A stretch of 64,000 nucleotides of DNA from the human T2T-CHM13v2.0 reference genome, Homo sapiens: the NCBI RefSeq assembly GCF_009914755.1, contig NC_060943.1; one strand, given 5' to 3'. Positions 45,880-56,575 of the stretch are shown piece by piece; the stretch's first letter is position 1, and each line of letters starts with the position of its first letter. The translations under genes were made by a program, and so were the position numbers. The notes beneath the pieces were generated by a model. It was not told the DNA's origin, did not search any database, and was given only the letters and a program-made list of their open reading frames with translations.

Positions 45880-46028
45880 CCACCACGTGACTGCCCAGGC
45901 CGAGACTCTACGTGAAAGCAACAGGAGCAGCAGGCCACCCAACACCCCACCCCACCGTACCCTACCCAAGGACGGGTGTGGGGGGGCTGTGGGTCATGGG
46001 GATGCATTTTGGTACCACCCTTTGTTCC

Positions 46029-46034
46029 AATAAA
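46029..46034 (+). terminator. TMPRSS9: TMPRSS9 poly(A) signal
   Basis: AATAAA 150 nt after the stop codon. Confidence 0.75.
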
Positions 46035-46370
46035 CACAGCCCCTCCACCCTAGCTCACTGGCTCAGCACCTCAGTGTCACAGCGAGGACCACCTGCCTGG
46101 TGCTCCACCAGGACCCGGGGTGGAACGAAGCAGGGTCAAAGCAAGCCCTGACAAGGGGAAGGCTGTCCCCCTTAGCCTTTGGGGCAGGGGTGGCAGCAGC
46201 AACACATTCCTCGTGACTCAGCAGCCCGGTGGCACTAAGGGGAAAGATGGACTTCTCCCAACCCAGGGGAGGCTGAGACCCTCCGAGCTGGGGTTCCAGG
46301 GACACGCGTCACCTCTTCCCAGAGACCCCTCAGGAGGGAAATAAAGAGGTTTCTCTCCGTCCTCCACCAA

Positions 46371-46376
46371 TTTATT
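46371..46376 (-). terminator. TIMM13: TIMM13 proximal poly(A) signal
   Basis: TTTATT on + strand, ~360 nt past the stop codon. Confidence 0.7.
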
Positions 46377-46738
46377 TGCCCATCCGCAGGAGGTGACAGC
46401 TCCTGTGGTGTCTGACCACCCCCAACTCCGAAGTCCAGACAAGCTGTCCGCCCAGAATATGAGGCTGACTTGGGCACACTAGGGGAATACCCCAAAGGCC
46501 TGAAGGAGGTGCCACTGGGCTGCCAGCACTTCAGGAAGGCACAGGGCCCCACACCCCCGAGATCCAAGCTGCACTGGCTGGCAGGGGGCAGGGCGGGGGG
46601 TGGCGAGGACACAGTCCCGTGTGTCCCAGCACCGGTGCCACCCTCCTAAGCCCCGGGCAGGCAGTACGTACATGCGGACCCCGCCTCTCAAAGCACGTTT
46701 ATGGAAATGAACAGGGTGGGGTGGCCCGCGCTCGCCGG

Positions 46739-46837
46739 TCACATGTTGGCTCGTTCCCGCTGCAGCCGCGAGTTGTAGGCGCGAGACACGGTGTTCCAGG
46801 CGTCCATGTAGCGGTCCATGCACATGGCGATGCACTT
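46739..46837 (-). CDS. TIMM13: TIMM13 exon 3
   Basis: [32 protein letters not shown] stop; second CX3C; total 95 aa small Tim chaperone. Confidence 0.97.
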   Translation of the reverse strand, partial: KCIAMCMDRYMDAWNTVSRAYNSRLQRERANM

Positions 46838-47046
46838 CTGCGGGAGCGGAGGGGCGCACGGCTCAGCTCGGGACTTCGCGGCCCCGGGGACCGCCCTGAC
46901 CCCGGCTCCAGGACGCCCGGGCTGCAGACTACGCACGTGCAGTGACCACTCCGTCGCACCTCCCCGTTAGTCTGCGCACGCGCAGACACCTCCCCCCTCG
47001 AATCTAGGCCCTCGCGACCCTTGCCCCGAACCTCCGCGGGTCTCAC

Positions 47047-47115
47047 CTGCTCGGAGTTGTCCAGGGAGCCCCCAGGTTTCCCTATACACTTCCGGAAACA
47101 CTTGTCCGTCATCCT
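47047..47115 (-). CDS. TIMM13: TIMM13 exon 2
   Basis: RMTDKCFRKCIGKPGGSLDNSEQ; first CX3C. Confidence 0.97.
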
Positions 47116-47204
47116 CTGTGGAGACACGCGAGGCTTTAGCCGCGACGTCGGCCCCCAGGGGTGGCCCTGTCGCCCCCAGCGCCCGTCCCCGGCCAGCCCC
47201 GCAC

Positions 47205-47324
47205 CTGCAGCAGCTCCTGCGCGTTGGCCACGGCGATCTGCACTTTCACCTGCTCCATTATGAGCCCTGGGTCCAGCTTCCCGCTGCCGGAGCCCCCGAA
47301 ATCGGAGCCGAAGCCGCCCTCCAT
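47205..47324 (-). CDS. TIMM13: TIMM13 exon 1
   Basis: MEGGFGSDFGGSGSGKLDPGLIMEQVKVQIAVANAQELLQ; donor GTGCGG. Confidence 0.97.
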
Positions 47325-47369
47325 GGCTCCGCAAAGTCAACCGGACCGAGGCCGCGTGCGCCGACTCGT

Positions 47370-47760
47370 AACTAACTGCGCCGGAAGCGGGCCGCCCGGG
47401 GCACCACGGGAAACGGAGTCCGCGCGGACGGGGACGGAGGACTACAACTCCCACACGACCGCGCGCGCCCGGGCCATTCAAGGTCGCGCGGGGGGCCCTC
47501 CGCTCATGCGGAGGCCTGGACCTGCCGTTACCTACACGAGCTACCCGTGGTTGCGACTCCGCGGGAAGAGGGAGGCCCTGACTTGGCCGGGGAGTAGGGG
47601 GGCTACTACGTGCGGCCGAGGCCGATCACTTTGTACTCACGCTCTGCCTCCAGCTCGTCCCGAAGGGCCTGCCGCGCATGCGCACGAGGCACCCGGCGCG
47701 TCTATACAGCGTGTTGCCGCCGGGGCGGAGCCCGGTCGCATCACGTGACGAAGAGTCAGC
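47370..47760 (-). promoter_or_regulatory. TIMM13: TIMM13 CpG-island promoter
   Basis: ETS/GABP CCGGAAG 47381; ACTACAACTCCCA (ZNF143/THAP11-type) 47441-47453; NRF1 GCGCATGCGC 47674-47683; GC box 47722-47730; E-box TCACGTGA 47741-47748. Confidence 0.85.
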
Positions 47761-47949
47761 TTGTGCAACAGCGTCGGAGGCTCACTAGAAAAAAAAGGGC
47801 AGGGTCCCATGCATCGCCTGGGTCCTGTTTACACTAGCTACACTAGCCAGTGACCTTTTTCCTTGGGGGTGGAGGGATCTTTCTTAGACATCCGCTTCAT
47901 TAGGGCAGAGGCCCCGGCTCGAGCTTCCCCTCAGGAATAAACTCAGAGG

Positions 47950-48070
47950 CAGAACCTAAAATCAAAATGTTTATTGGAGTGTTGTACAAAAAAGTTTCCA
48001 GTCATAAAATGTATATTACAAATCATTGGAAAAAAAAAAGAACACATTAGGCATGCATCTTCTTAAAAAC
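47950..48070. other. Lamin B2 origin of DNA replication (AT-rich asymmetric core)
   Basis: AT-rich island with A-tracts between the LMNB2 3' end and the TIMM13 promoter, the established position of this origin. Confidence 0.85.
47970..47975 (-). terminator. LMNB2: LMNB2 poly(A) signal
   Basis: AATAAA on - strand, upstream TGTA elements, downstream T-rich sequence. Confidence 0.85.
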
Positions 48071-50701
48071 CGAATCTCTGAAATGAAAGTCCATGCCAGC
48101 CCCAGCTGCAGCCCAGCTCCGTTTTTGCAGGTTGTGCTGTGACGCTCGCTGGACGCAGGGCTTGGAAGAGGCTGCAGGCGGCGACGCCCCAGGACTGAGG
48201 AGTCCCTCAGATCTTTAACAAAGAACTGCCGCGTGCAGGCTTCAGACCAACCCCAGCCAAAGCCGCTGGCATGAGGACAGGTGCATGATCGGATTCTGGG
48301 TCAGCCCGCAGGCCTCCCGGCTCCTGGGCTCAGCGGGGCAGGCTTCAGCGTTAACCTGGCGCTGTGCACCCCAGAACCCGCGTTGGTCCAGCAGGCGTGG
48401 GCCTCCCCCCAGGGCTGGGTGGCGTCTGATGCTTCGCAGGGAGGGCGCTAGGCTTCGAGTCACACGGCACGGGCTTACACAGAGGGATGGTTTCGCATCG
48501 TTCTAAGCGGCACACAGCTAAGCGTATTTGGGGACAAATGCAAATTGTTTCCCAGGCCATAAATAACTTTTAAAAATTTGATTTTCTTAGTGTTTCCAAA
48601 GACTCAATTCTCAATGAACCTCCAATTACCCACAGGCTGCCCAGTCCACGCTTCTCCCCACCCCCTTCAGCTAAGGGCACCCGCAGTCCTAGGACCACCC
48701 CCAGCTCCACCCAAGGCAAATGTAGGGTGGGGGGTTCTGTGGGCCTGGGGCGTGCTGTTTTCAGGACAGGACTGGGCAGCGTCTGGACATGAGGACCTGC
48801 GGGTTTTGGGGGGGACTTTGTCCCTGAGCCCAGCCTGCAAGGCTGTCGGCAAATCACAGACCAACTCCAGGATACAGCTTTGCTCCTCCAGAGCCAAAAT
48901 ACATAGGATGTGGCTGAGACCACTGCAGACTCCCCATAGGACAAGATCACCAAGACCCACCCCCAGAACCCTCGCTAGCACGAAGCCCAGCCAGTCGGGT
49001 CCGGGTGATTCCTGCTATGAAGGTGGGAAAGAGGACACAGTCTGTCGCCAGCATTCCCACTTCCAGCGGCTGGCAGAGGGTATCCCCGGGGCAGGCAAAG
49101 CTCCCTACCAGCCGCCTGACTGGGAGCACAGCGGCGTAGCCTCCAGGAGGAAATGCTTTGGTAAGATGCGCCCCCCTCTATCTACATGGGACCGGGACTT
49201 CTGAGAGCAAGGACAGCGAGCAGGGGCTACGTGGAGCAGCGGGTGTTTCTGCTTTGTCGGCCGCTGGCTCCTTCCCGGCCTGGGGCTGGGGCCCCCCATT
49301 CCTTCCTGCCACAGGCAGGTCCCCAGGGAGGCGGGATGCAGTCACAGGGGAGCGGTGCCGCCCCCGCCCTGCAGTGAACGCCATGGCCCGGAGACGGCGC
49401 GTGCCCATGGCTCAGTTTTGGTGTCTTTAAGACTTGAGCTGCACTTTCTGAAGGAGGCTCTGCCGTCGGAGGGTGCCCCAGCCCCACGCCACCCCGGGGA
49501 GGAGGGTCAGCCTGTCCTCAAGGCCCTGGCGTGAGCTCCTGACCTGTGTACTGACCAATGTAAAAAAATAAATATCCATTAAAAAAATAACTTCTGTGTA
49601 TCTATGAGGGAGGGTGTAAACGGTGAGCTATTGCCGAAGGGGGGTGCCAGGCATTGGGAAGCTGGACTGAGGGGCTTGGGTGCGTCGTGATAGGAGTCAG
49701 GTGGCCTTGGCCTGTCTGAGAAACATGGTTTCAGCGAGAAAATCACAGATAAAAGCACAGTATGGATAGACGCATGTGTATATATAGGCACAGGGCAGAC
49801 GGAGCTGGAACACGGGAGGGGCTCCACAGCGCTCTCCTCCAGAGGGTCAACATGGTGGCGTTCCCTGCAGACAGCTGTTCTGAAACTCACAGCTTCTGCC
49901 TCCAAGGCAACCAGATGTGTCCCCTCCACATCTCCCCTCCCTGCTTATTGTTGTGACAGGTCTTACGACGGGACTGTCCTCATTCTTCCTTCCCCAGGTC
50001 TTCCCCTCCCCTGCCCTGTTGGCCTTGCACAGTCAGGAACTGAACTGCGGGAAAACTCCCCCAAATAAAGTCAACGGTCCGAGAAACCCGGCCGGTGCGC
50101 TGCCAGAACGGGAATCTGGAAGCCCAGGCAGCGGAGTGAAAACCCGCCCTGGGGGCCACGCCATCCCCATGCTGGCCCACACCCGCTGCGTGGCTGCCTG
50201 AGGAGTTCCCGCTGTCCGAAGCTGGGCAGCCAGAATGCAGGCTTGGCCCCGGGCCCCACCAGGTCGACGCCTGGATTCTGAATTTGGTTTTGTAGAAAGC
50301 CTTAAAAAAACCCACCACCACTGAATTCCTACGCAGTTTCCGCGCTCCGTCCGCAGCAGGGCCGTCTCCTGTCCCCTCGCTAGCCTCGCCGGCCCTCCTC
50401 CCTCCAAGCCCAAGCATCTTCTAAACCTCGGGGTCCTGGCCCTGGGCTTCCAATTTGACCAAATGGTGAGATGAGGAGTGGGGTGGGATTGAAAAGTCTC
50501 CGGGGCAGCGGCGAAGTGGCAGCGAAGTGAGGCTGGAGGAGACCCGCCAGGAGGGAGGGCTGGGGGAGACCCACCCACACGTTCTGGCAGTTCGCTTAGA
50601 AATTCTCTAGAAATGTATCAAGAACTAAAGAAAGCCAATGATATAAAAATAGTTTTCAGTGGCTCTGGGTAAAGAAAGGTGTGTGGATGAGGAGTGTGGG
50701 T

Positions 50702-50743
50702 TCACATCACGTAGCAGCCTCTTGAGGTGGTCCTCGGGTCCCC
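50702..50743 (-). CDS. LMNB2: LMNB2 last coding exon with CaaX box
   Basis: GDPRTTSRGCYVM then TGA. Confidence 0.96.
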   Translation of the reverse strand, partial: GDPRTTSRGCYVM

Positions 50744-51338
50744 CTGCAGGAAGGAAGGAAGGAAGGTCGGCCATGATCAGGGCCAGCCTGGAGGCAGCCG
50801 GCAGGTAGATGGCTGCCCCCACCTCCCCACCAGGGAGGGGCTGAGCAACAACAGTGTCTATTTCTAGAGCCTTCCATTCCACTTCCATGTCCCCATGAGC
50901 CCGCCTGTGAGCTACACATTCTGTTCTGGGTTCCAAAACAGTCACAGGAACTTGCGACGCACGCGTTTAATGCAGCTGTGGTTTCTGCACTCATCTTCTC
51001 CCCAGAAGCCAGTATTGAAGGGACCTGTGTCTTCGACTGAGGAAGCCGGTTGACCAGAGAGCATGTGGGGAGCTGTTCAACACCCACCTCTCAGGGGACC
51101 CCCTGGCCAGCTACCCTGAGGTCTGTGATGTCGCAAATTCACACGATGGGCACGACCCAGGAGGCAAGAACAGGTCTCTGCCGTGCTGGTAACAGCCAAG
51201 GCTGGCTTCACCCTGAGCCACGGCAGCCAGATGGAGCTCCCGTCGGGGATGCGGCCAGCACGCATGTGTATGTGTGTGCACGAGCTCACTCTGCCCCAGA
51301 GGCTGCCCCCCAGCCGCAAGTGGGCACAGGGGTCCTAC

Positions 51339-51449
51339 CTGTTGGTGGAAAAGATCCTCCTCGCCAAACTCGGCTTCCTCCTCCTCTTCCTCCCCATTCT
51401 CATTCTCACGCATCACCGAGGACTTCTTCACAGTCCTCATGGCCACTTC
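51339..51449 (-). CDS. LMNB2: LMNB2 acidic-tail exon
   Basis: [37 protein letters not shown]. Confidence 0.96.
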
Positions 51450-51573
51450 CTGTGCGGGACAGGACACGGCGGCATGTCCCGGGATCGGGCCCAGAGCTGC
51501 TGTGGCGGCCCCGAGGGTGCCCAGACCCTGCCCAGGACTCCAGCCGAGCACCCCCCAAGCCACACACACCCAC

Positions 51574-51693
51574 CTCGCCATCCGCGTTAACCAGGACGGT
51601 GCGGAAGCTCTCGCCCGTGCCCCAGCTGCTCTGGCCCTTCCACACCAGCGTCGAGGGGGGGCTGTGGGCCACCCCCGCACCAGCTGCCCACAC
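51574..51693 (-). CDS. LMNB2: LMNB2 Ig-fold exon
   Basis: [40 protein letters not shown]. Confidence 0.96.
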
Positions 51694-52206
51694 CTGAGGA
51701 CCCAATAACAATGGCCCCATCAGGGTCACCTCTGGTTCCAGGGACGTGGGCCAGCCAGTGGCCCCTACCACAAAGCCCCCTTCAATGCCCTGGGCGTTCA
51801 GTCCTTCCAGCCCGACGCAGGCTTATCCAGGGTGATGGTCCCCAGGATACACAAGAAGAGACCAGGGTTCACAGAGGCCAAGGGCTCTTGGCAAGCAGGG
51901 GCTGAACTGGGATCTGACACCCACCAGGCTCCATGGCCCATGCGCCTGACTGTTAACACTTCACGGGGACGCCTGCCAGCCCCAGCAGCCTGGACTCAGA
52001 CCCAGGGCACACCACTCAGGCTCCAGGGAGGCCCAGTGGGGTGACACCAGCACATGGAGGTTCTATGACTGCGGCAGCCGCTCTGAGACGGTGCCTGGTG
52101 CCACCATCATCCCCACCCACCCCCGCCAAGTCCTGTGCCTCCAGTCCCCTGACCCCACCTCACACCCCATCCGTGGCCACCCTCGCCCTCCTGCCCCACC
52201 ACCTAC

Positions 52207-52314
52207 CGTGACCATCTGGCCGGCGCGCAGGATGTACTTGGGCGTGAACTTGTAGGCGATCTCCTCCCCCTCCAAGACCTGCCTCTTGATTCTCCAGTTC
52301 CCCAGAGACTGATC
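52207..52314 (-). CDS. LMNB2: LMNB2 Ig-fold exon
   Basis: DQSLGNWRIKRQV...YKFTPKYILRAGQMVT. Confidence 0.96.
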
Positions 52315-52374
52315 CTGGAAGACACGGCACACACCTGACCCTCAGCCACCAGGACTGTGACACCGCCCCCATCG

Positions 52375-53623
52375 CCCTGGCTGGTGGCCCCATCACCCTG
52401 ACCCTGGTCACCCCCACCAGCTAGGTCACCCCATTACCCCCATGCCCTGGTCATTCCAGTCACCTTGTCCCCTGCCTCGTCCTGACCGGCGGCCCTGTCA
52501 CCCTGACCCTGGTCACCCCCATCAGCTAGGTCACTCCATTACCCCTGTGCCCCGGTCTTTCCAGTCATCTTGTCCCCTGCCTCGCATTGGCCGGCAGCCC
52601 CGTCACCCTGACCCTGGTCACCCCATCAGCTGGGTCACCCCGTTACCCCCATGCCCCGGTCTTTCCGGTCACCTTGTCCCCTGCCTCGCATTGGCCGGCG
52701 GCCCCGTCACCCTGACCCTGGTCACCCCATCAGCTGGGTCACCCCGTTACCCCCATGCCCCGGTCTTTCCGGTCACCTTGTCCCCTGCCTCGCATTGGCC
52801 GGCGGCCCCGTCACCCTGACCCTGATCACCCCCATCAGCTGGGTCACCCCGTTACCCCCATGCCCCGGTCATTCCAGTCACCTTGTCCCCTGCCTCGCAT
52901 TGGCCGGCGGCCCCGTCACCCTGATCCTGGTCACCCCCATCAGCTGGGTCACCCCGTTACCCCCATGCCCCGGTCTTTCCGGTCACCTTGTCCCCTGCCT
53001 CGTATTGGCCGGCGGCCCCGTCACCCTGACCCTGATCACCCCCATCAGCTGGGTCACCCCGTTACCCCCATGCCCCGGTCATTCCGGTCACCTTGTCCCC
53101 TGCCTCGTATTGGCCGGCGGCCCCGTCACCCTGACCCTGATCACCCCCATCAGCTGGGTCACCCCGTTACCCCCATGCCCCAGTCATTCCGGTCACCTTG
53201 TCCCCTGCCTCGCATTGGCCGACAGCCCCGTCACCCTGACCCTGGTCACCCCCATCAGCTGGGTCACCCCGTTACCCCCATGCCCCGGTCATTCCGGTCA
53301 CCTTGTCCCCTGCCTCGCATTGGCCGACGGCCCCGTCACCCTGACCCTGGTCACCCCCATCAGCTGGGTCACCCCGTTACCCCCATGCCCCGGTCATTCC
53401 GGTCACCTTGTCCCCTGCCTCGTATTGGCCGGCGGCCCCGTCACCCTGACCCTGATCACCCCCATCAGCTGGGTCACCCCGTTACCCCCATGCCCCGGTC
53501 ATTCCGGTCACCTTGTCCCCTGCCTCGCATTGGCCGGCAGCCCCGTCACCCTGACCCTGGTCACCCCCATCAGCTGGGTCACCCCGTTACCCCCATGCCC
53601 CGGTCTTTCCGGTCACCTTGTCC
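52375..53623. repeat. 105-bp VNTR, ~12 units, filling an LMNB2 intron
   Basis: (g/a)gtca(c/t)cttgtcc recurs at 52458, 52563, 52667, 52771, 52876, 52981, 53086, 53191, 53296, 53401, 53506, 53611. Confidence 0.95.
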
Positions 53624-53896
53624 GAGTTGTTCTTGAGCTGCACAAACTTGCCCTCCAGGTCGATCTCCTCGATGCTGACGCTACCCGAGGCCGAGGCCTG
53701 CTGGGCCAGGTGGAAGCCACCGCTGCCACCCGTGCCCGTGCCCAGGACGCTTGGGCCGCTGCCCAAGGGCTCCTCCACCTCCAGCCGCTTCCGCTTACTG
53801 CGGCCCAGGCGCCCGGTGGCGGACAAGCTGCCGCTGCTGCTCGAGGTGGCTCGTGAGACGGTGACGCGCGAGGATGGGCTGGGGGACAGCTTCAGC
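53617..53896 (-). CDS. LMNB2: LMNB2 exon with NLS and start of Ig fold
   Basis: [10 protein letters not shown]...SKRKRLE...[17 protein letters not shown]. Confidence 0.96.
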
Positions 53897-54085
53897 CTGT
53901 GGGGAAGGCAAGGAAGGTGGGACTGGTAGTGGGAGCCCCAGACAGCCCAGGGCACGCAGAGTGGCGGCCACGGCCCGGCCCCACCTCCACCCCTGCCCAG
54001 CACTCCCCGCAGCCCCGTCCCGCCTCTCCTCCTGCCCTGCCCCTCCTCCTCACTCTGTGCTCCCAAGCCTCCTGGCCTGCCGCAC

Positions 54086-54306
54086 CTCTCCTCCTCGCCC
54101 TCCAGGAGCTTCCGGTAGGCGTTGATCTCCATGTCCAGGGCCAGCTTCACGTCCAGCAGCTCCTGGTACTCGGCCAGCTGCTGCTGCATCACGTCCCGCA
54201 TCTCCGTCATCTCCTGCTCCTTGGCGTCCAGCATCTTCCGGAACTTGTCCCGCTCCCCGGCCATGGCCTCCTCCAGCTCCCGAATGCGATCTTCAGCGGC
54301 ACTGGC
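54086..54306 (-). CDS. LMNB2: LMNB2 end-of-rod exon
   Basis: [28 protein letters not shown] intermediate-filament signature. Confidence 0.98.
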
Positions 54307-54578
54307 CTGCGGAGGGGGCGGGTGGCGAAGGTCAGGGCAGCCCATGGGTCACAAGGCCCAGGTGATCCTGGGACTGCGGGAGATGGGCCCTCACCACAGA
54401 CTGGGGCAGAGACCAGGCCTGGGCATGGGGCGCACGGGAGGGGAGGGAAGGGGCATCGCTGGGCGCCCCGAGGGCTGCATCCGATGCCAAGAGGCCAGAG
54501 CCCCACGCCCCGCACATCCAGGGCAGGGCCCAGAAGTTGGGCCAGGGGGACGGCAGACGGTGGCGCTGTGCTCATCAC

Positions 54579-54704
54579 CTGCTTCTGGAGGCCGGAGAGC
54601 TGGTAGCTGAGGGACTCCAGGCGCATGCGGGCCTCCTTCAGCTCCTCGCGAGCCGCACTGGCCGCCTTGTCGTTCTGGTCAGAGCTCAGCTTGGCGCTGT
54701 CCAG
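54579..54704 (-). CDS. LMNB2: LMNB2 coil 2 exon
   Basis: [13 protein letters not shown]...QLSGLQKQ. Confidence 0.96.
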
Positions 54705-54791
54705 CTGTGGGGAGACGGGCGGGTGAGTGCGGGCGCGGGGCGGGGCGGGGTTCCCACCGGCCGCCCCCGCCCACCCGCCTGCCGGCCACAC
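54705..54791 (-). ncRNA. MIR7108: Mirtron hairpin (miR-7108)
   Basis: 87-nt intron GUGUGGCCGGCAGGCGGGUGG...ACCCGCCCGUCUCCCCACAG; arms pair (GGCGGGUGGG/CUCACCCGCC) with AG overhang; name assigned from recall of the arm sequences. Confidence 0.8.
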
Positions 54792-54962
54792 CTTGGCCTG
54801 GTAGGTCTGCTCCAGCTCCAGCTTGTAGAGCCGCACTTGCTCGTCGTGCTGGCTCCGCAGCTCCTCCAGCGCCTGTGCCATCTTGAAGTCGTACTCCTGC
54901 TGCCGGCTGCTGTCCACCTCCACCAGGCGCCGCTCGTGCCGCCGCCGCGTCTCCCGCACCTC
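54792..54962 (-). CDS. LMNB2: LMNB2 rod exon
   Basis: [18 protein letters not shown]...LEQTYQAK. Confidence 0.96.
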
Positions 54963-55129
54963 CTGCGGACCAAGGCTTCGTGACCCTCTGGTCCCGCCTG
55001 GGCCCCAAGCACCAGGCCCAAGGGAGGGCTCAAAAATGTGCCAAGAGGAACCTCCAGGCAATTCCTGGTTCCTTGTGCACAAGTTACAAACCGATACACG
55101 TGCAGGTGAGAGGCGACCCAGGGGCCGTC

Positions 55130-55460
55130 CACGCGCTAGAACGTGACTCAGCCACGAAAAGGAGCGAGGCTCTGACACCGCCACAGCATGGATGCACCTT
55201 GAGGACGTCACACTCAATGAGAGACGCCAGACACAAAAGGCCACACGGTGCGTGATCCCATTTCCATGAAATGTCCTGAAATGTCCAGGACAGGCCCATC
55301 CACAGAGACAGGGAGGGGATGCGTGGGGGCCAGGGCTGGGGACTGCTGATGGGGAGGGGGTTCTTTTTGGGTGATGGAATGTTCTAGAATTAGAGGTGGT
55401 GGTTGCACAACCCTGTGGAGATCCTGCCAATGCTGAACTGTACACTTTAAAAAGGTGGAC
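55130..55460 (+). mobile_element. Old L1M 3'-end fragment
   Basis: catggatgcaccttgaggac...gccagacacaaaaggccaca...atccacagagacag...gtgatggaatgttctagaattaga. Confidence 0.6.
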
Positions 55461-55872
55461 TTAAAATAGCCAGGTGTGGTGGCGGGCACCTGTGGTCCCA
55501 GCTACTCAGGAGGCTGAGACAAGAGAATCGCTTGACCTTGGGAGGTTGCAGTGAGCCAGGATCGCACCATTGCACTCCAACCTGGGTAACAAAGTGAGAC
55601 TGCGTCTCAAAAAAAAAAAAAGTGACTCTCTCTTATAAAAGCCATTATTGAAGAAAGCGGGCCAGGCGTGGTGGCTCATGCCTGTAATCCCAGCACTTTG
55701 GGAGGCTGAGGCAGGCAGATCACGAGGTCAGGAGTTCGAGACCAGCCTAGCCAACATGGTGAAACCCCATCTCTATTAAAAATACAAAAATTAGGCCGGG
55801 CACAGTGGCTCAAGCCTGTAATCCCAGCACTTTGGGAGGCTAAGACAGGTGGATCATGAGGTCAGAAGTTCA

Positions 55873-56085
<213 letters not shown>

Positions 56086-56285
56086 TTAGCTGGGTGTGGT
56101 GCTGTGCACCTATAATCCCAGCTACTCGGGAGGCTGGGCCCAGTGTGGGCAACAGAGCAAGACTCCATCTCAAAAACAAAACAAAACAAAACAAAACAAA
56201 ACAAAAACAGTAGAAACGCTTCTGAAGGAAGCTGGCCACCTTTGCAGTCAGCAAGGCGGGTAGCCCAGGCAAGCAGAGCCCTGCG

Positions 56286-56575
56286 GGCCGCGCACCCACC
56301 TCCACGGCCGCCCTCCCGCCTCCACGGCCGCGCACCCGCCTGCACAGCCGCCCTCCCGCCTTCACGGCTGCGCACCCACCTCCACGGCCGCTCACCCACC
56401 TGCACTGCCGCCCTCCCACCCCCACAGCCGCGCACCCACCTCCACGGCCGCCCTCTCGCCTCCACGGCCACCCTCCCGCCACCACGGCCGCGCACCCACC
56501 TCCACGGCCGCCCTCCCGCCACCACAGCCGCGCACCCACCTCCACGGCCGCCCTTCCGCCCCCACGGCCGCCCTC
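56286..56575. repeat. GC-rich 20-bp minisatellite, ~14.5 units of two variants
   Basis: ggccgcgcacccacctccac / ggccgccctcccgcctccac. Confidence 0.9.

Larger units (their letters stand above)
47950..50701 (-). other. LMNB2: LMNB2 3'UTR (~2.75 kb, no Alu)
   Basis: Between the stop at 50702 and the poly(A) signal at 47970. Confidence 0.85.

Noticed and set aside
43164-47748. Long overlapping antisense ORFs in the CpG-rich region
   Set aside because: Expected from stop-codon scarcity at high GC; explained by TMPRSS9 and TIMM13 exons.
52375-53623. CRISPR-like regular array
   Set aside because: Whole units repeat with no unique spacers, no cas genes, and the DNA is human.
52651-53856. 401-aa and 293-aa repetitive + strand ORFs
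   Set aside because: By-products of the 105-bp VNTR and the antisense of an LMNB2 exon.
54207-55445. 412-aa ORF as an N-terminally extended lamin
   Set aside because: Starts at a non-ATG codon in L1-derived sequence and runs through two real exons and their introns.
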